Position numbers and translations under genes: made by a program. Positions 29,169-38,833 of a stretch of DNA of 64,000 nucleotides are shown one piece after another. Numbering within the stretch: the first letter of the stretch is position 1; every line of letters starts with the position of its first letter. Source of the stretch: Acidobacteriota bacterium (GTDB taxonomy: Bacteria; Acidobacteriota; UBA890; WLXD01); the NCBI GenBank assembly GCA_965248695.1, contig CBDFKD010000002.1, positions 4,672,001-4,736,000 of the forward strand. Direction: 5' to 3'. The notes beneath the pieces were generated by a model. That model did no database searches. It was given only the letters and a program-made list of their open reading frames with translations, and was not told where the DNA came from.

Positions 29169-31223
29169 TCACGGTAGCGGGGCCGCGGCAAGCCTGCTGG
29201 CCGCTTCCCGGAGTTTGCCGCCCACTATGAACAGCGCCTCGCGCAGCGAGCCCTCCGCCTGCGCCTCGAGCCTGGCGATCCTGGAGGCGAGACCAGAACT
29301 ACTGCCGCCCGACACGAGCTGCGAGTAGATCGCGTGGAGCTCCGGGCTGACCGGCCGCGGGTGCTGGTCAAACTCCGACACCCAACCGATCGGCTCGTAG
29401 GAGAGCAGTCTTTCGCCGCGGTAAGTCTCCGTTGAGACCCGCTTGCCCCACTGCATGGTGTTGACTTCCTCGAGTGCCGTCGCCGCTGCCTCTGTATCAC
29501 CGGCTGCAGCAGCAAGACGCGCTCTCTGGAGGGCGGCGAAATCTTCCGCGTAGCGGCTTCCTCGCAGGCGCTCTTCTGTGCTGAGTAGCCAAGGAACGAG
29601 GTCGTGACGGGTGTTCATCAGCAAAGCGTTCAGCAACGCTGCATCAGCGGCGTCACGTATCGACGAATAGGCCGCCTCTGCCTCGTCGGCCTGCCGACGG
29701 AAAACGTCGGCTCCCTCCTGAGCCTCAAGGAGCAGCTCGGACGGCCCGGTAACGTCGGAGAGGTTCTCCTCGATGCGTAGGAGTTGCCCGGTAACCCAGT
29801 CGGCGACGTCCGAGAAACGGATCGGCAAAACGACCGACTGATCGGCCCGAAGCACGCCGAGTGCCCCGAGGCGCAGGTCGTCGATCAGGTTGGGGTAGTC
29901 GTCGGCGCGGTAGACGTCGTGCTCCGTGTGGTAGTAGCGACCGTACTCACCCTCCCAGGAGAGGGACGATACCGCTCCGCCCCGCACGCCTCCGAGTGAC
30001 CAGGAGTCCACCCATTTCGCCACACCCGCTCGCACCGTCACCCGATCCTGAAGATCGAGCTCTGCCAGCAGGTCGCGCTGGAAGGCAACCTGGTCGAGGG
30101 TGGCATTCACGCTGCCTCTACGCGCCGTCCACCCGGCGCCATCTACGTTGAAGGCATAAGCCAGGCGCGAGGTGACCTCGGGGTGCGCCCGGATGAACGC
30201 ATGGGAGCCCGCCAGCCAGTCGTACTGGGTCCACAGTCCTCCGACTTCTTCGCTTCCGAAGGCAATGAACAGGAAGCTGCGCCGCGGTCGGTAACCTTCC
30301 GAGATCACGCGGGCCAGCTCCAGCATGACGGCCACCCCGACGCTGTCGTCCTGGGCTCCCTGCCACCAACGGTCATGGTGCGCCGAGACGATGATCCATT
30401 CGTCCGGATACTCCCGGCCGCGGATCATGCCGATGACGTTCTCGGAGGAGCCGTATTCGACGTCGACCCGGTTCGACAGCTCGACCATCACCTCGCCCTC
30501 GGCAAGGCGTTCCTCGAGCCATGCGGCATCCCGGTTGCTGATCGTCACTGCAGGGATCGGGTCACGATACCCGAGGGTCATCTGCTGCAACGCGTCTTCC
30601 GGCGATTCACCGCCGTAGTTGCCATAGCCGTGGAACAGGATGGCGGAGGCTCCCCGCTGTGCTGCTTCCATCACCACGTAGCCGCTGGGCCATCCTGGCC
30701 GGCGCACGAGCACCACCTTGCCGCGCACGTCACCCAGCGTCGCATAGTCGGAGGCGAATCCGCCCTCGGCGTCTACCAGGGTCGCCCGCAGTGTCTCTCC
30801 GCCCTCGGCGTTGCCCTTCGAATAGGGCACTCCCTCGGCCACACCCGAGGTGCCGGCGGCGGTGTGCAGAGTGATTGCCGGAAGCCGCCTCCCAGCAGCG
30901 ATCAGCGACACTTCGCCGTAGTCATAGGCGTGCACCGGGAAGCTCTCCCGGCGGACCTCCAAGCCCAGCCGTGTCATCTCGGCCTCGATGAAGCCGGCCA
31001 GGAGACGCTCATCGCTGCTGCCGGCGACGGCCGAGCCGGCGCCCGCGCCCGAGTCGTTCTTGACGAGATCCTCCGAGAGGCGGCGCGTAAGGGCTATTGT
31101 CCTGTCGTCGTCCAGAGCGTTCAGTATCTGGCTCTCGGTTGGCGAGAGCTGGCCACTGGGGTACGACAGCCCAGCCGACAGCATGATTGCAACACAGAAA
31201 CCAGCGGTTCTCATTCGAGGCAT
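29169..31223 (-). CDS. M28 family peptidase with PA domain
   Basis: SAHHD, GAQDD, GSEE, NVDG, YHTEHD; signal peptide. Confidence 0.82.
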   Translation of the reverse strand: MPRMRTAGFCVAIMLSAGLSYPSGQLSPTESQILNALDDDRTIALTRRLSEDLVKNDSGAGAGSAVAGSSDERLLAGFIEAEMTRLGLEVRRESFPVHAYDYGEVSLIAAGRRLPAITLHTAAGTSGVAEGVPYSKGNAEGGETLRATLVDAEGGFASDYATLGDVRGKVVLVRRPGWPSGYVVMEAAQRGASAILFHGYGNYGGESPEDALQQMTLGYRDPIPAVTISNRDAAWLEERLAEGEVMVELSNRVDVEYGSSENVIGMIRGREYPDEWIIVSAHHDRWWQGAQDDSVGVAVMLELARVISEGYRPRRSFLFIAFGSEEVGGLWTQYDWLAGSHAFIRAHPEVTSRLAYAFNVDGAGWTARRGSVNATLDQVAFQRDLLAELDLQDRVTVRAGVAKWVDSWSLGGVRGGAVSSLSWEGEYGRYYHTEHDVYRADDYPNLIDDLRLGALGVLRADQSVVLPIRFSDVADWVTGQLLRIEENLSDVTGPSELLLEAQEGADVFRRQADEAEAAYSSIRDAADAALLNALLMNTRHDLVPWLLSTEERLRGSRYAEDFAALQRARLAAAAGDTEAAATALEEVNTMQWGKRVSTETYRGERLLSYEPIGWVSEFDQHPRPVSPELHAIYSQLVSGGSSSGLASRIARLEAQAEGSLREALFIVGGKLREAASRLAAAPLP

Positions 31224-31299
31224 TGCCTGCTCCCGCTTGCGTCGAAACCCGGCGAGCCCACTCCGGCGCGGGCTTCGGAGTTCTTCGTCCTGATACGGA

Positions 31300-33195
31300 T
31301 CAATTGTGGTCGCCGCCGCCCGGCAGCTCGCCGTGCACCAGCACGCCTTCCATCATTACCGCTGTGGGCTGCAGGTCGGGGATGTCGGCCGGATCGAGCG
31401 TGAAGAGATCCTCGTCGAGCACCACGAGGTCGGCCAGCTTGCCGACCTCGAGCGAGCCAATGCGGTCCTCCATGCGAAACGGATAGGCGCCATCGACGGT
31501 GAACCCGCGCAGGATCGTGTGCAGATCCATGCGCTCGGTCGTCGGCGGCCGGGCTGGCGGTGGCGGGCTGTCGTCCTCGCCCCGGGGACCCTTCCGCGTA
31601 TGGGCGCCGTGCATGGTCAGATACGGGCTGATGACGGACAGCCGCCAGTCGTCGCTGGAGTAGGTCACGCGGCCGTCCACGTCGAACAGCGACTTGGCCA
31701 TGTAGGTACGCGCCGCTCGCTCCGGGCCCAGCGCCAACGCCCCCGAGCTGTCGGGGTAGGGGCCATCGCCGGCAAACCACCATGCCGTGAAGTTGGCGGA
31801 GACATCGAGTGCCGCGAAGCGCGGCATGTCGGCGCGATCGATGACCTGGAGGTGCGACAGAGTGACCCGGGGGTAGAGATCGCCCGGTACCGCCGCTCTC
31901 GCCGCCTCCACGCCGTCCAGCGCGACGCGGACGGCGCGGTCGCCGATGGTGTGCACGTGCAGGTCGAGCAGCGCCTCGTGCAGCTCGAGCAGGAAGTCGC
32001 GCAGCTCGGCCACCGACATCATCGTTTCGCCGCCGAAGCTCGGGTCATCGGTGTAGGGCTCCAGCAGGGCTCCGGACCGGTTCGCGTTGATGCCGTCCAT
32101 GAACAGCTTCACCGTGCGGAACCGCAGCCGCTCGCCGCCGTACTCGCGCTGCAGTCGCCGCATCTCGTCGATCGCTAGAGCGCGGCGCTCGGGAACGAAC
32201 ACCTGATACGTGCCTTCGTAGCGCAGTGGCAGCCTGCCTTCTCTTTCGAGACGCGCAAGCAGGCCGTAGACGTGGTCCTCGTAGCCGAAGTTACCCCCGT
32301 CGTAGACCGTCGTAACGCCGTTCTCCGACAGCATCTGCAGAAACGCCACCACGCTGGCCTCATGTACCTCGGTGTCGACATCGAACTGCGACGCCAGGTG
32401 CTGCCAGCCCGCACCTTCCTTGACCCAACCGGTGGGGACGCCATCAGCGTCGCGAGCGTAGGTGGCGAGCCCGGGTTGTGGGTCGGGCGTGCTGGCGTCG
32501 ATCCCGAGCACCTCCAGCGCCTTGGAGTTCAGCCAGTAGCTGTGCCAGGAGCTGCTGGCAATCCACAGCGGCCGGTCGGCCACGATGCGGTCGAGGTCGC
32601 GTCGATGCGGTCCGCTGGGCCCGTCGACGAACGCCGCGTTGGGCCAGCCGTACAGTCGGATCCATCCCTCGCCGGGGTGACTCTCGACATGCTCGCGTAC
32701 CGCCTCGAGGAACTCCTCGCGGCTCGAGCCGGTGAGGAACGCGTCGTAGTCCTCGAGATCGATGTAGCCCGGATGCGTGTGGCCGTCGACCAGGCCGGGG
32801 ATCACCAGACGGCCCGCCAGATCGACCGTGCGCGTGGTTTCCGACACGAAGGCCGCGGCGCCAGCGTCGTCACCGACGTAGATCAGCTCGCCGTCCTCGA
32901 TCGCGATCGCCGTAGCCGACGGGTTGCCATCGTCCATTGTCACGATGCTGCCGCCGGTGAGCACCCAGTCGGCGCCGTCGGCGGATCCACCCCTCCCGTC
33001 GTCCGGGGCGTCGCAGCTCAGCGTCAACGCTGCCATTGTCAGCAGAGCGAACCGCAGGCTGCCCGGCCGGATCGCGCTGAGCGCTCGCGTGCACACGGTC
33101 GTTGCCCTCCGGAGGCGGATGGCGGCGAGATTCGGTTTGTCAGCCGGTTCGCCCGCGCGTTCGAGGACAACGGCTTCATCGCGCTTCCTGCTCAT
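31300..33195 (-). CDS. Amidohydrolase 3 (YtcJ-like), probable lipoprotein
   Basis: PGLVDGHTH, KLFMDG, HVHTIGD, GSLEVGKLADLVVL; true start likely downstream of 33195. Confidence 0.85.
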   Translation of the reverse strand: MSRKRDEAVVLERAGEPADKPNLAAIRLRRATTVCTRALSAIRPGSLRFALLTMAALTLSCDAPDDGRGGSADGADWVLTGGSIVTMDDGNPSATAIAIEDGELIYVGDDAGAAAFVSETTRTVDLAGRLVIPGLVDGHTHPGYIDLEDYDAFLTGSSREEFLEAVREHVESHPGEGWIRLYGWPNAAFVDGPSGPHRRDLDRIVADRPLWIASSSWHSYWLNSKALEVLGIDASTPDPQPGLATYARDADGVPTGWVKEGAGWQHLASQFDVDTEVHEASVVAFLQMLSENGVTTVYDGGNFGYEDHVYGLLARLEREGRLPLRYEGTYQVFVPERRALAIDEMRRLQREYGGERLRFRTVKLFMDGINANRSGALLEPYTDDPSFGGETMMSVAELRDFLLELHEALLDLHVHTIGDRAVRVALDGVEAARAAVPGDLYPRVTLSHLQVIDRADMPRFAALDVSANFTAWWFAGDGPYPDSSGALALGPERAARTYMAKSLFDVDGRVTYSSDDWRLSVISPYLTMHGAHTRKGPRGEDDSPPPPARPPTTERMDLHTILRGFTVDGAYPFRMEDRIGSLEVGKLADLVVLDEDLFTLDPADIPDLQPTAVMMEGVLVHGELPGGGDHN

Positions 33196-33387
33196 CGGAC
33201 CCGGCTCCTGTACATGGCGTCTCGTCGCCCGCGTGGTGTCGACGCGATCCTATCGTCCCGGAGATCGGTAGACCCCTTCGGCCCCGCCGTACCCTCGATT
33301 CTCCTCTGGTCGCCGAAGGTCGCAGAGCGGGCACCGCGGGCGACGGGCCCGGCACCTGGCAGAGTGCCTGTCTCAGATCGCCGCGAT

Positions 33388-35772
33388 CTACTGCAGCCCG
33401 CTGACCTCGAACAGCGTGCTGAGCACGCGCGTGTAGTTGAAGGCGATAATCCCGCCGTCGGCCGTCATTGCGATCGTCGGGAACCCGGCAATGCCGGCAG
33501 GATCGCCGGGCATGAACTCGTTCCACAGTCGGCGCTCGCCGGTGCCGTGGTTCAGGCGGTAGATCCTGACCGGCAGGCCATCACGGTTGAAGACAAAGAT
33601 CTCCCGGTCGTCGTCCGTGAATCGGATGATGACCTCGTCAGGCCCGAGGCCCCGGACCGGAATCGTCTCCTCGCCTTCGAGCGAGTAGAGGGCCTTGAAG
33701 CGTTCAGGCAACGGAAAACCGAGGAGCCATTTGCCGTCGTTCGACAACGGCGTCTGGCCGATGTAGTGCTCGAGGTTGTCCGGACCGATGCCTACGACAT
33801 CTCCAGTTCCGTCCAGGTTCATCGCGAAGAATCGCCACGTGCCGCCTGCTTGCCGCCCGTTGAACACGAGCCGTCGGCCGTCCGGATGAAACCAGCCGAA
33901 AAACGACTGGATCCCGGGGTGGACCAGCTCGCGTGGCGTACCGACACCGACCGGAGTCAGCTCAAACCGGTCTCGTCGCCTCCCGGAGTTGAGCACAAGC
34001 TCCCCGTCGGGTGAGATCGCTCTGCTCTGGCCGCTACCGAGGCGCACGGCGGGAGACCCGTCCAGCTCGCGCACGTAGAACCCCCCAGCGTCATTCAGCA
34101 ACAGGGAGTTCGACCCGGGCGAGATGGCCACGGCAGCGGACTGGTCTAGCCATGACAAATCTATTGGTTCCGGTGCGTCGGGTGTGACCACGAGTATGCC
34201 GCCCTGAACTTGGTCACGACGAACCAACAGGCGGCCATCGGACGCGACATCTTCGAGCGTAACGGATCCTGCGGAGCGCCATTCCTCTTTTGGTACTCCG
34301 CCGGGCTTCCACGACGAGATGGTGGACTCGCCGGGTCCGCTGCGCCTGGAGAACCACAGTCGTTCGCCGGACGGCGCCCACGCGATCCCCGTGATTCGGT
34401 CTGTCTCCAGCACCGTCCGGCTACCGTCTAAGTCGAGCAGCACAATGCCCTCGCCTCGGTGAGAGTACGCTAGGGTCGTGCCGCTCGGTGACGCACGCAG
34501 GCGCCCGAAGATCTCCTGCGATTCGTCGACGATCGTGCCGACAGGAAAGTGCAGCCGGCTGCCGTTTCCGAGGAGTTCGATTGCCGCCAGGCCACCGGCG
34601 GCGAAGTCGGCGCTGCTGATTTTCTGCGCGATCTCGCGGGCCGTCCGAGCACCGGCGGGCAGCGTGGCCAAGGTGCCGACGAATTGCCCTTGGAACAGCT
34701 CGGGCGCGAGGCCGAGCGCCAGAGTGCCGTCGGACTCGGCAAACAGCATGGCGTTGTCCGGCCCGACCTGCTGTGCCTCCGGGCTGCTCTGATGGGTCTC
34801 GAACGGAGCGGGGGCGTTGCCTGCGAACCGAGCGGAGTACCCGACGCTGTCGCCGGCGGACGTGAAGCGTGAGGCGTCGATCGTGCCGCGTCGAACCGTG
34901 AGCTGCCGGATGGTCGGAAGGGTTGAACTCGATGTCTCGGGGCCAAACCAGCTCGTGATCGCCGCAGTCGCGCCGACAAGGACGAGCGCGGCGGCGGCCA
35001 GCGCCAATCTACCGGGCCGCGGCGATTCCGCTGGCGGCAGGGCGAGTTCGGATCCGGAGAGCTCAGGCGGATCCGTTTTTAACACCGCGTGCATGGTCTC
35101 GACGGTGGTGTCCGCCGCGAACGCCCGGTGGCCCGTGAGCAACTCATAGAGAACCGCGCCGAGCGAGAAGATGTCCGACCGGGCGTCGATTGGTTCGCCG
35201 CGTACCTGTTCCGGAGACATGTAGCCGGCCGTGCCGAGGACTCTGCCCGGTTCGGTGCCAGCCGCCACCGTAGCGGCGTCGGCGCCGCTCTGCTCGGTAG
35301 CTGTGAACCGCGCGAGGCCGAAGTCGAGGATCTTGATCCGGCCGTCGGTGGCGACGACCAAGTTCTCCGGCTTGATGTCCCGATGGACGATGCCCTTGGC
35401 ATGGGCAGCTGCGAGCCCCCGCGCGACGCCAACGGTCCACTCTAGGGCTTTGCGCGTCGTCGGCGGACGGGACTCGATCTCCTCTCGTAGTGTCGCGCCT
35501 TCGAGCAGCTCCATGACAACCTAGGTCACGTCGTCTTCCCGGCCGATGTCGTGCACCGCGACGATCCTGGGGTGATCGAGCGTTGCGGTGGCGCGGGCCT
35601 CGCGCTCGAATCGATCCAGGCGCTCGGGATCTGCTGCCACATCGGCCGGGAGAATCTTGATGGCCACGTCGCGGTCCAGCCGGTCGTCGTGTGCCCGATA
35701 CACCTCGCCCATCCCCCCAGCACCAAGTGGGGAGAGGATCTCGTAGTGGCCTAGTCGCGAGCCGGGTTCCAT
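33388..35772 (-). pseudogene. Ser/Thr kinase with beta-propeller tail, interrupted by in-frame TAG
   Basis: [21 protein letters not shown]...EDDVT*VVMELLEG (TAG 35521-35523), HRDIKPEN, DFGLA, GTAGYMSPEQ; end of kinase C-lobe also appears deleted. Confidence 0.82.
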
Positions 35773-35793
35773 AGCGCTACCCAGGAGGGGGGA

Positions 35794-35815
35794 GGCGAGC
35801 GTTGGAAGCCTATCC
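35794..35815 (-). promoter_or_regulatory. Conserved upstream motif of kinase genes (copy 1)
   Basis: Minus strand GGATAGGCTTC-N3-CGCTCGCC, also at 49044-49065 at similar distance from ATG; contains -10-like TAGGCT. Confidence 0.55.
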
Positions 35816-35890
35816 TCAGAGGTGTGGTGGGTCCATGAAGCGCACGCGGGGCGTGCCGCCGCTGGGTGCCTTGCGGCCAACGGTCATCTT

Positions 35891-35961
35891 CCGGTGGCGC
35901 AGCGATCTATTCCCGGTGCTCGCCACCGGGGCTTTCTGCGTCTGGGGCTCCGGATGCTCCC
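35891..35961. repeat. Palindromic dispersed repeat, copy 2
   Basis: About 6 differences from 18544-18615. Confidence 0.75.
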
Positions 35962-35965
35962 AGCG

Positions 35966-38557
35966 CTAGCGCTGCATGGTGAAGGTGAACTTTGCCGTCA
36001 GCGTGCGGTCGTCCAGGCGGTCGAACAGGCCGCTGAACGCGGTCGACTGCCGGTACACGAGGTAGAAGTCGTCGCCGGTGCGATAGATGTAGCGCAGGCG
36101 CGCGAACGCCGATAGCTGGTCGGTGACGCTGCTGTGCTGCAGTAGCGAGTCGAACAGCAGGCGGTCCGAGAACGACAGGTTGGCGCGCAGCCGTACCAGG
36201 TGCGTGTCGAAGCTGCCCCCCGGTAGATCGATGTGGTTGAAGTTGTACTGCGGGCTCAGGGTGAAGGTGTCGCTGAAGCGGAAGCGGGGGCCCCCACCGA
36301 TGCCGAGGCGCGTGCCGTCGTAGAACTCGCCCAGGTTGAAGGCCAGGCTGCCGCTCACCGCGCGTCGCGGGGCAGTGCGCAGCGTGATCTCACCGTCGGT
36401 CCACGAGTAGTCGCCGATCGGAATGTTTACGTTCTCGTCGATGGGAAAATCGAAATCGAGGAGCTCGTAGTTGCGGTTGATTTGGAAACGGATCGTTTCC
36501 GAAGACTCGAGATCCAGCTGCGTGCTCAAGCTCTCCAGCCGGGAAACCAGTCGCCCGCTGGTGTCGGTGATGCGCTCGAACGAGGGGCTGAACGAAACTC
36601 GCCGCATCAGCGGCCAGCTCGGGCGGATCGACCAGCGTCCCTGCGCCTTCGTGCGAACGATGTCCCGCCGCAGAACGAAGCCGAGATCGGTGTCGAAGTC
36701 GTCAGCCACGTAGGTGACATCGCCGCCGAGCGCCCACTCTTCGGTGTCCCACGCGGCGCTGAGCTGTCCGACCCACGAGGTGCCGTCGACATCGCTGTCC
36801 TGGCCGCCGGCCACGAACCCGGTCAGGAACAGGTGGTCGAAAAGGATGAAGTCCAGGTCGACGCCGAGGACGCGATTGTACCGGCCGTCGGGCCCTTGGA
36901 CGTTGGTCGCCAGCGCGCCGACGCTGGATCGACCGAAAACGGGCTGTTTCCACCGGAAAGCGGCGTAATTCTGCCCGACGCCGAACTGCGAGTCGCCGGT
37001 CTGCACGTTTACGAAGCCGATGTTGCCGTTGCCGATGTTCCCCGTCAGCTTGCCGCCGAAGCGAATGGGGGCCGGTTGCCCCTCGGGCCCGAGACCGATG
37101 CGGCGCGAGAAGAACAATAGCGCCAACGGCGGCTGTCGCTGGAAGCCGAACCCCGCGCTCTCCCCCGATGCACGCCGTGGCAGGGTACCGAAGTTGAAGG
37201 TGTCGCCCCCCTCGAGAAAGAACTCGCGTTGCTCGGGGAAGAACAGCGAGAAGCGCGTCAGGTTGACCCGCTGGGCGTCGGCCTCGACCTGGGCGAAATC
37301 GGTGTTCACCGTCAGGTTGGCGGTGAGGCTCGGGGTCAGCTGTACCTGAAACCTCTCGATGCCGATTTCTCCCCTGCTCTCGGTGAGCGGATCAACACGT
37401 TGCTGGAAGGAGTCGTAGCCGCCGGTGACGAAAGGCTTGAGGCGGAACCGACCCGTGAGCCCCACGTTCTCCAGCCCGACGAGATGGCCGTACTGCGAGA
37501 CAGCCAGAAAGTTGTAGTCGCGGCTGGTGTTGTTCCAGTTGATGCGCTCCTGGTTATGGATCACCTCGCGCTCGTATTCGATCCCCCAAACGTTGCTTCC
37601 GGGCGTAAACCGGAGCGCCGCGAACGGGATGGCCATTTCGGCCTCCCAGCCGCGCTCGGTGATGCTCGCCGCCGCTTCCCAGTTCTCGTCCCAAGCCGTG
37701 TTGAGCTGGCTCTCGTCGCGGATGGTGTAGTCGAACTTGGCGCCGAGCGGGTTGATCTCGAAGCCGAGTTGGTTGCGATGGTCGTGGAACGTGTCGATGT
37801 AGACCGCCACCCAGTCATCCCCGGAATGGAATTCGTCCCGGCGCATCACCGAAGCGCCGATGTTCTGCGGCGTATCGTCGTAGTTGATCCACCCGAAGTA
37901 GAGGGTGTCCTCGTCGTACAGGACGTACACTTCGGTGCGCTTCGTCGGCGCCGCTCCGTTGTTGGGCTCTTTCTGCACGAAGTCGCTCACGACCTCGGCC
38001 AGCATCCATTGCGCGTCGTCGATCCGGCCATCGAGCACCGGGGGCGAGTCCGTCCATGTTGCGAAAGAGACTTTGCCGCCCAGTTCAGCTGCGGATACCG
38101 AACCCACCCCGGCGTTGGTTCGCGGAGCGGCGGCGGCGCTGGCGACGCCGGCAAGGGGCGTCGGCGTCGGAGCTTCGGTTGCTGGCAGCGTCGGGGCTTC
38201 GGTTGCTGGCAGCGTCGGAGCTTCGGTTGCCGGTAACGTCGTATGCTCTGCCGGGATGAGGGAAGGGGCAGCCTCGTCGGAGGGGCGGGGCACCGATTCG
38301 GCGGCGTTGGATCCATCCGGGCTCGAGCTCGGTGCATCGGACACCGGTTGCGGGGCCACCGGGCCGGTTTCGCCAGGTCGGACCATTCGTACCGGGATGT
38401 TGCGACCCGGCGCCGGCCGTACCGGCTCGCCTGGACGGACCATGCGGACGGGAATCGGGCGGCGCCGACGTTCTTGCTCGGCGCCTTCCTGTTCCGCAGC
38501 GCCGGCCGCGCTGGCAAGCATCACGCAGACGGCAGCGAGCGTCAGCGTCCTGCGCAT
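35966..38557 (-). CDS. DUF5916 / CBM9-like outer-membrane protein
   Basis: Signal peptide, Pro-rich linker, PVLDG, LYD...LY, DTFHD, NTDFAQVEAD, NLTRFSLFFPE.REFFLEG, beta-barrel-like C-terminus. Confidence 0.8.
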   Translation of the reverse strand: MRRTLTLAAVCVMLASAAGAAEQEGAEQERRRRPIPVRMVRPGEPVRPAPGRNIPVRMVRPGETGPVAPQPVSDAPSSSPDGSNAAESVPRPSDEAAPSLIPAEHTTLPATEAPTLPATEAPTLPATEAPTPTPLAGVASAAAAPRTNAGVGSVSAAELGGKVSFATWTDSPPVLDGRIDDAQWMLAEVVSDFVQKEPNNGAAPTKRTEVYVLYDEDTLYFGWINYDDTPQNIGASVMRRDEFHSGDDWVAVYIDTFHDHRNQLGFEINPLGAKFDYTIRDESQLNTAWDENWEAAASITERGWEAEMAIPFAALRFTPGSNVWGIEYEREVIHNQERINWNNTSRDYNFLAVSQYGHLVGLENVGLTGRFRLKPFVTGGYDSFQQRVDPLTESRGEIGIERFQVQLTPSLTANLTVNTDFAQVEADAQRVNLTRFSLFFPEQREFFLEGGDTFNFGTLPRRASGESAGFGFQRQPPLALLFFSRRIGLGPEGQPAPIRFGGKLTGNIGNGNIGFVNVQTGDSQFGVGQNYAAFRWKQPVFGRSSVGALATNVQGPDGRYNRVLGVDLDFILFDHLFLTGFVAGGQDSDVDGTSWVGQLSAAWDTEEWALGGDVTYVADDFDTDLGFVLRRDIVRTKAQGRWSIRPSWPLMRRVSFSPSFERITDTSGRLVSRLESLSTQLDLESSETIRFQINRNYELLDFDFPIDENVNIPIGDYSWTDGEITLRTAPRRAVSGSLAFNLGEFYDGTRLGIGGGPRFRFSDTFTLSPQYNFNHIDLPGGSFDTHLVRLRANLSFSDRLLFDSLLQHSSVTDQLSAFARLRYIYRTGDDFYLVYRQSTAFSGLFDRLDDRTLTAKFTFTMQR
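38165..38241 (-). repeat. 24-bp tandem repeat x3 encoding TLPATEAP
   Basis: Unit CGTCGGAGCTTCGGTTGCTGGCAG on plus strand. Confidence 0.85.
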
Positions 38558-38833
38558 GGCCGCGCCGACTCCCGGTCGCGTTTCGTGGGCTTCCGTAATT
38601 GCATGCACCTGCACATCGCTCGTTGATCGAGAAATCTCCCGCACGGTTCCCGATTGGTTTCATTCGGGCGCAACTCCCCCAAATCTAGCAGCGCAGAAGT
38701 TGTGACGCCGAGTAGCTGAGCTCGTTGCTATCCCGACAGGGGCCAATGGCGGACACAGCGCACAACACAGCCGAAAACCATGTACCGGATGTGTGAAGCG
38801 TCGAGCGAATCTGCGGCGGCGCGGGCCGGATGC

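Noticed and set aside
35521-35523. Pyrrolysine or TAG recoding in the kinase
   Set aside because: No pyl genes seen, TAG is used as a normal stop throughout, and the gene has another lesion
38165-38241. Possible CRISPR array
   Set aside because: Head-to-tail coding repeat without spacers; no cas genes or repeat-spacer arrays seen in the window
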